Assembly: GCA_037447605.1 (NCBI GenBank)
Contig: CM074810.1
Span: 1,584,880 to 1,648,879 of the forward strand
DNA length: 64,000 bases
Source: Zygnema circumcarinatum SAG 698-1b
Taxonomy: Eukaryota; Plantae; Zygnematophyceae
Direction of reading: 5' to 3'
Of this stretch, positions 26,790 through 52,861 are shown in pieces (the stretch's first letter is position 1; each line of letters opens with the position of its first letter). The notes under the pieces were generated by a model. That model did no database searches. It had not been told where the DNA came from and saw nothing but the letters and a program-made list of their open reading frames with translations. A program made the translations under genes and the position numbers.

Positions 26790-27698
26790 GGCGGGGGAGA
26801 AGAGAGGGGGAGAGAGAGGGCGAGGGCGCGAGAGAGAGAGTGAGAGAGGGCGAGAGAGTGGGAGAGCCAGAGAGGCTCGTCCGAATGCCACGTGGCAGAT
26901 ATAAGATGCGGATCTGACGCTGATTCCAATAGCTTCCTGTCGTTGCAAGCGTTTTTCAGCGAGCGTGGACCAATGGGATATGGGCACGTGTCCGAAAATT
27001 ACACGTGACAGGCTTTCATTGGACAACGGCGAGCGGCCGTCGGGGAATCTTCTACCCGTTGGAGAAACGTTCGTGGAGCCCCAAGTTTCCGGGCAGAGGA
27101 AAAACATTTACAGGCTGCCCCTTAGGGAGATGAGTGGCTGAGAGGATTTCGGGCAGCGGAAAAACAATGCCACGTCATGTGCTTCATGGGGTGATGCCGA
27201 TTCATGCTCGGAAAACAGTTCAACGGGTCAAATCTTGTTTGGGAACTAGTTCGCTGTAATGCACCGGGTTCTATGAAGAAATATTTTTGGGAGTAACGAG
27301 GTTAACTGCCTTATGAACATGTGCTAGCGCCGTCGTCGTTGTCGACATGGCCTCCGTACAGTACAAAATCCATAAGCAAATCTTCGTACAGCTGGCTGAT
27401 TCCGGCATTCGGGAATACAGTAGCGAACGGCCTTTTGACCGCGGATCCGATCTCCGACCCGGTACGCTCCGGCCCTGTACGGACAGACCGTATCGCTTGG
27501 ACATTCTGCCGGCCAATCCACGGCCCTCTTCATAAGGAAAAGAAAGGTGAGAATCGCGTATGGCCAATGATGAGTCGCCATGTGCACAGCGTGATACACG
27601 TGAGGAGCGCCGTTGCCGTTATCGATGATGATCCGTTAATGCGATCCACCACGTGTCTCCTTCTCGGCCTTGTTCGAACAGCAACCGCCAGTGCTGGC

Positions 27699-28130
27699 TA
27701 GGGTTGGGGGCACGGGGGCACGGGCATGCCCGGGGGGGGGGCATGCCCCCCATTTTTGACCGTCCGTGCCCGGGGCACGCCTCCAAAAATTTTCCCCATA
27801 TATTTCGTGCCCCCCCGTGCCCCCTGTCACGTGACGCTTACCTCGTACGACCGGGCCCGGGCCGGTGACGATTTTGTGTTCAGTACTGTCCGTACTTTTA
27901 ATATTTTCCCGTACATTTGTACCTTTATTCGTACGTTTAGTACATTCATCTGTACTTTTCGTACCTTCATCCGTACCGTTTTAAAATATTATATTCTTTT
28001 TGGGGCCGATTTGAATTGCTCAATGCAGTCACGTCACGGGGCACGAAAAAGGGGCATGCCCCCCCCCCCAAGGGGGGGGGGGCACGTGCCCCTGGGCACG
28101 GGTCGGAGGGGGACCGTGCCCCCAACCCTA
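27699..28130. mobile_element. hAT-like MITE (432 bp)
   Basis: Perfect 17-bp TIR TAGGGTTGGGGGCACGG / CCGTGCCCCCAACCCTA. The 8-bp flanks GTGCTGGC (27691-27698) and GTGCGGGC (28131-28138) match 7/8. Subterminal GGGCAC/GTGCCC repeats are present. Confidence 0.8.
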
Positions 28131-28345
28131 GTGCGGGCAGGGCGGGACTTTGTCGTCTTTTGGGTGAGCGGGCGATCAACTGTCAGCGACGGCGGGACGG
28201 AAGGCGAACAGCGCCGGCGGTCAACGATTCGTACGGGAATCTCGCGCTTGGCGTTTGATCCTGGATCGCGCAGGGGCGGGGGTTGGGGCAGGCGAAGGCT
28301 AGGAAACATGCGACCATGAAAACCATTTTTGTGAATAGTCTAATA

Positions 28346-28498
28346 GGGGGTGTCAGATTTCAAAATTGTTCGTGAGTTTGAGATCGGAACGAGTACTCCG
28401 GTGACATAGCGATTCCCCTGCAGAGGAGTACTTCCTAAACTTTAAACTGAGCTCTAAAAGTTTCCTTTTTGTAAAGTTTTCTTAAGTCTGACACCCCC
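28346..28498. mobile_element. Small MITE (153 bp)
   Basis: TIR GGGGGTGTCAGA / TCTGACACCCCC, flanked by TAATA on both sides (TA-containing TSD). Confidence 0.6.
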
Positions 28499-29141
28499 TA
28501 ATAGAGTCGGATATTCTTTAATTTCTTGGACGACAACGACAACATTGTTTTCATACTCGCATGTTCGTGCGAGATTGTGCTCTTGACTTCGCCACGGTCC
28601 GTTAACCGCCGTGGCCGCCAGCCACTCCAAGCAGATACGACGAAGTCACCCGCCCGGCTACCAGCGGCCCACTCTGCGCAAACCGCTGGAATGTACTCCA
28701 AGCGCGTCAAGGTGACACGTGACGGCCTCTGACTGGTCCATGTGTTTCAATTTTCTCTCCGTACACATCTGGTCGGTGGGATTTTTAACGCGTCTCGTTT
28801 TTCTCCTGAGCTCTTAAATTCAATAATAGGAGCACGAGTGCACGACAAAGCTGTCAGTACGGATTCAGTTTCCTACTGTACGGACGAGGCGGGCTGTACA
28901 AATGCAGTGTCCGTTAGAAAAATCGACGATGCGTGCTGTCCCAGTCGCCGCCTCCCCCGACTGCCACCGGCGGGAAGGAGGGAGGGAGGGAGAGAAAAGG
29001 AGAGAAAGCGAGAGAGGGAGAGAAAGAGAGGGAGAGGGAGAAGTAGATAAGGGGCAGATAGAGAGGGGGAGAGAGAGAGAGGGAGAGAGAGAGGGGGAAA
29101 GGGAGAGAGGAGGAGAGAGAGAGAGAGGGCGAGCGAGCGAG

Positions 29142-36127
<6,986 letters not shown>

Positions 36128-37930
36128 TTTGGGGCCGCTAGGTCTATTTATGAACAGGGGCTTTGAACATGGCAGAAAGCCCTCCAAGTAGGAAATAATT
36201 ATGGAACCCTAAAACCTTGAAGACCTGAAAGTTTTATTTAAAATTGACAAGATTGATTGTTGGCTTTACATAGCCCACATACTGGTTAATGTTATGTGAA
36301 GGTTTGGGAGGAGAAAGCGCATGGTGGTGCATGCATGATGGGTATGTGTGTGCATACATGTGATGTGCTGCCGAGCATGATGCGCGTGGGCGGGGCCTGC
36401 CATCTTTTCAGCCCTAAGGCTGCGATTGATTTAACCGGTTGAAGCTCCGCAGTTGAAAACAGAGGCGGAAAGTTTTGCAGCCTATGAACCGAAGTTTTCA
36501 ACTTACCTTCAACTAGTTGAATGAAAACCTGTTCACAGGGGCGATCCGGTTGAATGCAAGCATGCGCCTGGCGGCGCAACTGGCGCCAATGAGAAAGTGA
36601 CACATGGCGCCCACGTGGCACCTTAGAAAACATTGTGATGTGCCTTTTGTCCATGTTTAATTGGTTCTGTAGATTTCGCTTGTTTACTCCATTTTCCTAT
36701 TCGGGTGTGTTCGAGTTCATAATGTAGAGAGGTTCATTTAAAGTCCGACTCAGACTTAGCCCGGAACGTACTAAAAATCCGATACTGTACAGTATACCGA
36801 AAGTCAAAGTTTCGTGTACGAATTCCGGGTCGGGATCCGCGGCTCCGCCGAACCCAGCCGTTCCGAAATGCGTACATAGCCAATGCTTCATTCGCCCGAC
36901 AGGCTTACTAAATTGATTTGGCGAGGTATTAAGTCTGACTCCCACTAATTCAATCGTCCGCACTTGCGGCATTACATGAGCAACATTGAACCACGTAAGC
37001 AAAGTTGACATTCCAACAGTTTCCATTTCACATTGGTTACTGTTCACTATGAGTTTTCGAGGTTTTAGATTTTTTTGCGGTGTTTAGGGCTTTTTGGGGT
37101 TCAGGGGTTTTCAGGGTTTTGGGGTTTTTAGTGGATTTAGGATCAAGTTGGCGGAAGTTGGACCATGAAAGCAGCCTGAGAACTCCAACAATAGCGTCTA
37201 ATGGGGCAAAACCTTGAGGGATTACGGACACCTTGGAAAGGCCTAAAGCACAACACAACAACATGGAGCATTGCATTGCATTGCATGCTCGCACATTGTC
37301 ACATGCCACAAAAACGTCTTGGACCGTGTTCACATTATGCGAACCAGTTTCAAACACAATGTGAGAAAGCGCGAGTAGTTGAGACGTGACGTGCAGAAGA
37401 AGAAGTTCCTTCCCGAGTAGACCGGCAAGCTTAAATTTTTTTTTTTTTTTCAGTACTGTTCACACCTGAAGGTGGGGAAAGACAAATGCTTCACGAAGGA
37501 TTAATCGAGCTCTCTTCCATTTGACCTAAAAAATTGCTTTGAACCACGACCTCAAAGTTGTGAAGTCAGAGAGGGCCATCCGTTGAAGAGTGCCATCCTT
37601 CTTAAACTGCCATTTCGAGTGTGAGCTGACGGCCATTCCTGCAAGAACATAAACAGTCCTTAAAGGGAGGGCGAACAGAAGATTCTCAAAGCACAGCACA
37701 TATATAAACATTGCATATTTTTCTAATCAGTCCCACAAAGCAAATACTTTCGGAAATTGATTCAGTTTGACGCATATGCCCATACGGAATCATGGGTGGA
37801 CGAGAGAAAGAGAGAGAGGTACATGGAGAGGGGAGGGGAGGGGGACGAATGGAGGGAGATGTGAAGCCGGAAATTTTAGGGTTTTTAGGGGCGATGAGAG
37901 AGGGGAGGGAGAGCGCTACCTCCAGCCAGC

Positions 37931-39563
37931 TCAGGCCTTATGTGCCTCTGGGTGTGTTTCAGGCTGAGAAAGTTCCTGTACTTCTTGTCCCACATCCTTC
38001 TTCTTTCCACCGGAGAAGGCCCTATAACCGAGATAAATGAGGGCAGCCCATCCTCCGAGAGAAACGAATACAAACTGCAAACACAGTTTCCCCCCACCTC
38101 TCACATGAGCCTTCATCAGTTCTTTCATTCCCTACCTCAAAGGAAGCCTCCTGTTCGTAATTCCTCCTAAGGTCTATAGATATTCTCTGTTTGGCCCCTT
38201 TCACGATGGAAAGTCCCCTGAAAAACTGACGCTTCTCATGCTGATGTCTCTCTATCCTCCAGCTCTCATTCCACCTCCTTCCTTCCTCCTTTTCCTCCCG
38301 TTTCCTCTCTAATTATCGCTTGCCTCCCTTCATTTACGTTTGTTTCGACATTTAATGCAAAAAGAACTGCGATAGTAACACAGCTGTATGACAAGTTTAC
38401 ATCATGAAAGGGATGCATTTCATGTAGTGGGAGAGTTCATGGCAGAAGAGACATGGAGAGAGAGAGAAAAGAGCAGGAAAGAGAACAATGGAGGGGAGAG
38501 AGTGCAAAAGAAAGTTGAAGGGGAGGGGGGGTTGGCCGGGGGGGGGAGAGAGAGTGGGTGGAGAGAGATATAAAAGGAGAAAGAGAATGTTACTGACCTG
38601 CTCCTCCTTCCAATTGCCTGGGTTAGTTGGCTCCTGCCAAATGTTCACTTTTGATGACCCATGATGGTCTGCAGAACCCATTCAACCCCGTTTTACCAAA
38701 ACAAATAAAGGGGGAAAAGAAAGGTCAGTGTTCATAACAAAAATGTTTTGTAACACGAAGACGACCTTTGCCCCACATCAACAGAGATAAAAAAAAAGTA
38801 CAATACCATTCAAAAGGCCTGCTTTCGGAGAATTAGATGAACCTAAAGACAACCGTCTTGCCCCTTTTTTCAAAACTCTAATAGGAATAATTTAACGCCA
38901 ACAAACTGTTTTCTCAGCCTCGGAATTTCAATGTGCGCCCCTACTAAAAAAACAGCCCGAAATAAAATGGGAAGTCATGATAGAAGACCCTGACACTCAA
39001 CCCAAAACGTCCGTTTCTTGTGACTTCCTCAAAATCGGTTAAGCAGTCAAGTCAAGTGAATCAATTCAAAATCAAGTCAAGTCAAGTCTCTCTCCGAATA
39101 GAAAGGCGCGCAGGCCTTCACCCTAGTATAAACATGTTCCTGAAACACATTCATATAGAAAAATATACAACAGAAAGTAGAAAAAAAGGAAACGAAAAGA
39201 AAGAAAACGAAGAGATCATGGAAAAAAGCTGTAATGTTGCAAAAAGTGCAGCAAATCAAACGTCGGTAGACGCAGTAACGCTCCTCCAACCTCTCCCTGA
39301 TCGCAAACCTAAGTCCAACCCCCCTTGATTCCAGCTGCAGCTCCCTGAACCCTGAAACCCTAAAACCTTACCCTAATCCTGACCCTACTCCTAACCCTTA
39401 CCCACATCGACATACTGCTCATATCCTGCACGAAGTCTGCAAGCACAGCCGAGAGCAAGAGCAGGCCCCCACCGGATGCAAACCCGCGGCGGTGTTGCAG
39501 CGTAGCGGGGGAGGAGCTCAGCCGCAGCCGCTGTGCCGCAGCCCGAGCCCACACGGCCGCCAT
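37931..39563 (-). CDS. Small single-TM mitochondrial protein, plant-type (possible cytochrome c oxidase accessory subunit); exons 39563-39473, 38668-38598, 38074-37931 (~101 aa)
   Basis: Presequence MAAVWARAAAQRLRLSSSPATLQHRRGFAS|DHHGSSKVNIWQEPTNPGNWKEEQ|FVFVSLGGWAALIYLGYRAFSGGKK. Splice phases are consistent. The COX assignment rests on recall and is unverified. Confidence 0.75.
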
Positions 39564-39573
39564 GAGGCGAGGT

Positions 39574-39610
39574 ACACGTGGCAAGAGACACGTGGCAAGC
39601 GACACGTGGC
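39574..39610. promoter_or_regulatory. Three tandem ACACGTGGC (ABRE/G-box) motifs
   Basis: Exact copies at 39574, 39588 and 39602 (14-bp period), between two divergently transcribed genes. Confidence 0.5.
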
Positions 39611-40383
39611 ACCTGCTGCTGTGATGGAGGAGCGCACGCACCTCAGAGGGGGGAGGGCCGGAGGGCATCTCATGGAACCGTACGGTTTAATGCAGTCGAG
39701 TTCGGCGTATAACTGGAGTGCATCTCTCATGAAATCGTTCTCTTCAACGCGGTCGCGTTAAATAGAACGCGCTCAGCGTATAACGGGGTTAACTGTGTCA
39801 AAATCATATGGAGACAGTTCAAACTGGAACTGGAAAGCTAAGCAGAACATTGTCCGCTGTTGAACAACGCATTTATCAGATTTATCTCACATGTAGCTGC
39901 ATCATAGAACGTGGCCATCCTGTTGGAAGTTTTACATGTTTGTACGGATCCGCCTTCCGTATCGTACGGTTGATTCCACCTCACCGTACCTTCTTGCCCT
40001 CCCCGCTTGGAGGCGCAAGGGGCCGCCAGGAATCTGCGCTGAATCTTAGCACCACCTGAACATAGAACGGTACTTCGTATCGCGAGTCCAAAAAGCAACA
40101 TTCTCAAGAGGAATTTTATAAGAGTACTGCTTCTACGTTTGAAGCGACGCTTTTTCACTCCTACGTGGCTGGCACTCCGGCGCGCCGCCAAAATCCGAAC
40201 CCTGAACCCTGCCAAGGGCCGAGGTCCAAAACCTCCATAGCAAATCCTGCAGCGACGTTGGGGGTTTTGGAGCAGTCAGCCGCAGAGCTTGCGAGGGCAG
40301 AGAGAGGGAGAGGGAGAGAGGGGGAGAGAGAGGGGGAGAGAGAGGTCTGCCATCATTTGCTGAGAGAGCATTAGGGGGCGGCC

Positions 40384-47337
<6,954 letters not shown>

Positions 47338-48544
47338 AGTTAGGGAGGGGCAGCTGCCAGCGGCTGGTCGATATTTGGACAAGCATCCGTCTATGTAAGT
47401 ACGGAAAGTCTTTATCTCATCTCTGGTGGAGGAGGGGATTTAGTTGGAAGGACTGAGCTCCGGCTCTGAATGTTATGGAAGCCGACGAATAGCATATGCA
47501 TCGTCCGGCGGCTCTGGCTCTGGAGGAGTTTGATGTGAGAGGATATCGGAGTGCGGCTGAAAAGAAGCTGAAAGAAAGGAGCAGCGTCTGCTTTGTAGGA
47601 CCCCTTCTGGTTTTATTATCAGGCGGGATGGAGAGCGGGAATGGAAGTGGAGGGAAGGATACCGTTTAGGTTTCACAACTATGAATGTAGCTGAAAGTGG
47701 AAGTGAAACGAGGAGTGGGAGTGGGAGTGGGATTGGGAGTGGGAGTAGTGGGTTGGGTTACTACTTAATGACCGTCTATTAGAGTAGGCGGTGTGAGGTG
47801 GCTTTTGTGTAAAACTGTTAAAAAGCTAAAATGTGAGAGTCCCTTCAGTGTCTTTGTCATAGAAGCATATGGCGACGTTTCCGTCCCCGTTCCCGTTGGG
47901 GTGCAAGTGGCAGGAGCAGAGTGGTGCCTCTACTAAGGGACTTTTGTAACGCGTGTTCCAATCACAGCTTACCACGGAGGACAAAATACTTATACCCTAC
48001 CTTGATTTGCCCTTCTTACATTTACTGCCAACGGAGACCGACCCTGTGCTGTGCCGAACTTACTTTCCAAAGAGAGTACAGATGAGGTGTTAACTAAACA
48101 AAACAAAAAAGTTTATCATTGAGTTAACCCGACTTTCTTCAATATTGTTTAAAGCTCTCGACGGCAGAGGAACCCTGCCCGAGCATTTTTAGCATTTCAA
48201 GTTACCATCCTCCCATTAATTTGAACAATTGAGCAACTAAAGATTTTTGGCTGTTCAAAAATAAAACCTATGTATGTATACACTGCTACCAATTAGGTTG
48301 AACACATAAGAAGTTCAACGGTTAGATCCCTCAAAAATGTAAATCAGATCGGAATCAGCGGTGCCTTGCTTCTACGCTCCTTTGGCGCGAAGCTGCGATT
48401 GTTGGTGACCAAGGCGGTGGCCTTCCGCCGCTCCCTCCCTCCCTCCCTCCCTCCCTCCCTCCGCGCGATGTGCCACTCATTGGTGACCTTCGCGACCGCT
48501 TCGAGGGAGGGCTTGAAGCGTTGTTGAGCCTAGCCGTAGTTTTC

Positions 48545-49157
48545 CGCTCCTAGCTTTTTTCTTTTCTGCATAGGTCCTTTGCAACCAGTTCCTCGTGGTT
48601 CCCCATGATGATTTTGGCCATGTACATTTGATGGCACCGCCATCGTGAGATCAATGTCACTTCTCTTCGTACTCTTGGTGTAAAATCAATTTAAAGATAA
48701 ATAATAATATTACGGCCATCTCCTAGTCTCCACTCTGTTTAGCGAGTTCAATTTTAGATAGAATACAGGTGGCAATGGTAGTTCTAAACGCGTGGGGACT
48801 CATGGCGAAACTGCCTCCTGGACGGTCAAATTCAGACCTGCCCTTCGCCAGTCATTTTATCGAACCGCCGACTGAAAAGTTGAGGCCGAGAAAAATCGCA
48901 ACGTCATAAATCACCTGTCTGTCAGTTGGCAGAGCAGCAAGGATCTGCATTACCGTTCGTCCGTTGAATCACGGGATTTCGATACATTGTAACTTCACGT
49001 TAACTGAAGGGCCCTCTTTAAAATCCCACAATCAACACCAGTTCGCTCCTCGCTTTTTTATTTTGTGCTTAGGTCTTTTGCGACCAGTTCCTCGTGGTTC
49101 CCCATGCTGCTTTTGTCCATGTACATTTGATGGCCTCGCCATCGTGAGATCAATGCC
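48545..49157 (+). repeat. Dispersed ~110-bp repeat family (copies ~48545-48657 and ~49044-49157; inverted copies ~16800-16880 and ~16905-17005; diverged copy ~4553-4626)
   Basis: Shared core CCAGTTCCTCGTGGTTCCCCATG...CCATGTACATTTGATGGC...CCATCGTGAGATCAATG. Confidence 0.75.
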
Positions 49158-50871
49158 ATTTTCCCCCAATCAAAAACAATAATAGGCACGTGGAAGGGCT
49201 GTGACGGAAAGGATGGACATATGCATTCGGTAAGAGGTTCCAAACCTGCAAAAACATCGCCTGCATGAATTAACGATTTTCACGTGACAAGATTGTCTCA
49301 AAAATTCCGTCCAGACTCAGCCTATTGCGACACCTGATTCCACCCAAAAAACTGCATTTTTCCACCGTTTTTTTCCCTAAATAGGAACCCCTCCTGGCAG
49401 GAAAGAACCCATGACCCTCCAGTTCCACATACCCCATTTCTCACCCTCGGCATGGAAATTCACATGCATGCGGGGTCACTCACGCCTAGCACTAGTAACT
49501 GGGATGGTTTCTATAGACTATTATTCTGTTTTGTTAGCACATGAACTCGGCATGGCCACCGTTTTGCAGACGAGTTAAATAAGCTTTGTAAACTTGCTTG
49601 CAATCCTGCAAAATTCTTTAAAAAATATTCTGCAAACTTCTTGCGGAGATTCATTGCGGGTACATATAACATAATCCAATCACAGCTTTCCACGGCAAAT
49701 GAAGTACTGACATGGCAGACCTTAGATTGGCAGATGCCGTCGAACATACCCTGGATGGAAAGACACGCTTAAGAGACATAGTCTTGACAGACTCAGACAC
49801 AAACTGACACAGATGACATAGAAGCGCCAGTCCAAGCTGAGCCCATTTATGCCCCTAAAGCAATAATCTCCGTAAGAGTCACCAAGCCATCGAGTCAACT
49901 GAACCAATCACTGCAGAAAGGGACGCCAAAAGTTTGTCCTCAAGCAGAGGTGAGTTATTCACATGATGGGGCCACTGTTGAGCCTGTCCGGAAAAGGAAA
50001 AAAAAAAAAAAGAACAAATCTATACAAAAGGCTGCAGACAGCTCGCACCTCTGCCTCTCCCACTTCCTCCCCGTCCCACGGATGCGCAAACCTCACTACC
50101 AACTTATTATCTACAAAGGATGTGAAGCCCACATTGAAGCTATTTACAAAAAGTGGTAGTGACGAGTGGGCGGCGGCCAAGACACCTACCATGCCGCCGC
50201 AACCGTCTGTGCAAACAGAGACGAACTTGCGCTGTGCCCGAAGGACTGCTCCCACCATCTCCCATGGCCTATCAAGGACCCCTCATGTGCTGCAGGCACC
50301 CCTCGAGACGAAGAGAAGTCGCCCAGACTGCTCTGCCAGCAGTGAAGGGGTTGAACCCTCACTATATAGTTCACCTCGAGGGAGTTTTTAACCTACATGA
50401 TCGATACTGCTGCAGCTTCTGATAAGCGTTATGCAGATCCTTCAAAATTCCTCTTCTTCTTTCCCTCCATCAATGTCCTGAACGGCGAGAGAAGAAGGTT
50501 CAGCCACCTTCCCAAAGCACAGGCAACTGCGGGCAGCTCATTTGCAAGCAGAGGACGGCCTCGCAAGGCACCCGCCCAGCCAGGAGCAGCGCTGAGGAGG
50601 TGGTGGTGAGACACCTTAAGCTACAACTGCAGACTAAAGACTACCAGTTTCGTGACGACAATGCAAATTTGTCGAAAATGTTGATGCAGCAGTGTAAGAA
50701 ACATCCTGTGTCAACAAACCAACATCTGGTTAGCCATATTCAGCTATGCAAGTCATAAGTAAACAGTACAGCCCTAATATGACATGCACATACTGACACA
50801 GAACAAGAACAGACGCAGTAAGAATCGACATGAACAAGTAACCAAACAAGCTTACATTGACTGCCTGCCGG

Positions 50872-52861
50872 TCACCAGCTCTCCTTCATCACTTTGGCTT
50901 TCTCCAAAATGTACTTTCCCTCCTTGTATTTTTGAGTCTCCTCGTAGGCTTTTTCGTACTTCCAACCAAGAACTTCCTGGCACTCCAAGCAGTAGATGTC
51001 TGCAACAGTGTGGAGTCCCGTGATGAGGAGTCGATCCTCCCGCGGCCCTACGGCAATATTCACCACGTTGGCAAACAGGTAGGCCCGTCCATGCCTCCCC
51101 TGGAACAGGCAAAGCAACAAGCGCTTCAATATTTCTGGAAGATCTCAGGTTCTGAATTCAACTGTCACATCAGAAAGTCCAAAATTCACTCAAACTTCTC
51201 CAAGAACTATCGTCAAGATGGATGGATCAATCAGTTTTCAGGAACGAGCCATCCAAACGCAAGGAATAAGGCAATTCCCATGAACAGTCTCAAAGCGGTT
51301 TGTGCATTTCTTGCAGAGGCGATCAGGAACTTAGAGACATGAATCACATTCGACCTACACCACTATAAAGCCTTTCACAACCAAGACATAAAAGAACTCT
51401 TGACAAAAACCCCCTCATGTATGAATGCCAAAAGGCCAAAGCCCACAACAATGCTGATAGTGAGCAGCAGTTCACAAGTTGCCAAAATGAACTGATCACG
51501 CCAGATTGTAGTATCAACATGCAAAAAGACATGCTTGTAGCAGTAACTATGAACAGGATGAAATCAAAAGGAAAAACCTCTCACACAATTAACCATTGCG
51601 ACTGTATCTACATTTCGTCAACACACAGACATGCTAGCGACATTGACATTCCCAGAAAAATAGGTGATCACATTGCAGTATCAGCATAATAAAAGGTTAC
51701 AACGATATCTGCAAAACACACCACAATCGATCGATTTGCCATGGAATTTTTTTTTTAAATTCGAAAACACCGGCAGCAATGTTCAGAAAGTAAAGCAAAG
51801 GACTTCAGAACAACACAGCTTCAATCAAAAGGAAAGCTGCAGGTGTATACACGGTCAATGCTCCAAAAGTCATTCAATAAAAAACTGCACATCAGCAGCG
51901 TCATTCAGAGAGAGACGTGGTGCAAAAATGTACTGTTTCTCATGTTTCTGTTTCTCTCTGTTTCCCTGACTACCTTGACCTGAATAGCCTCATTTGACGA
52001 GAGTGAAGAGACTACTACAGGTCTGTCCAAATAGAGGCGGCTTTCGATACACGCCTACTGAACCAGCCTCACGCCAGTTCTATAACACTTGAAAAAGGAA
52101 ACGTTGCTGTACTTTACATACAAACAGAAAAGACATAATGAAGGGAAACATAGATGATTGAGAGAAGCAGCGAAACGAAGGGGAGCTGTCATGTCATTCT
52201 AGAAGAGATTTGGGAAAGCCTGAACAGAATCTACAAAGGAAGCGCAAGATGAGACGACAGAGCAGATACTAATGAGGCATGCACAAAGATAATATGGGTT
52301 AGTGATAGTATGACAATTTAGTACTATGATAGTATAGGATGTATATCATGCATGCGAACAGTAGTATTGCACTTGCAGAATTTATCTCATCATCTATAGT
52401 TGGAGTGTTTTCCAGCGCAAAATGTCCATATTGTCACCAGCTTTCGACTACGCAATCGAACATACAGGACAGTTAGTAGGAAACAGAGATGTCCACAAAG
52501 CAATAGTACAAAGATACTATCCCAAACAGGAAGATAAATAGCCTGACGATCCAATCTCCATGTTCGTCCTTCAACAAACAGAAGGACATACAAGAGCAGA
52601 AGTAATATGCCCTCGTCAACAAGTAAAGAGAGAACAAACTACTTTTCAGTATCATGACAGCACATTCTTTCAGCGGTTTTGAAAAGCACATGCAGGCTAA
52701 GAGGCATACTCTTCATACAGACATCATAATTCGAGCGCACATGCAATATGTACCTGAAAAGCTTTGGATATTATCTCGTCATGGTCTGCAGCATGGCTTC
52801 TGCAGTTGCTACAGCTATATATTTTGCTTCCAGCCAGATACTGTTTGAAAGGTCTTCCCAT
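50872..52861 (-). CDS. Yippee-like zinc-binding protein; exons 52861-52754, 51099-50872 (111 aa)
   Basis: MGRPF...YSCSNC...IISKAFQ|[15 protein letters not shown]...[41 protein letters not shown]. Confidence 0.95.

Noticed and set aside
49950-50620. ORFs of 60-140 aa downstream of yippee
   Set aside because: No recognisable motifs or splice structure. Probably 3' UTR or intergenic.
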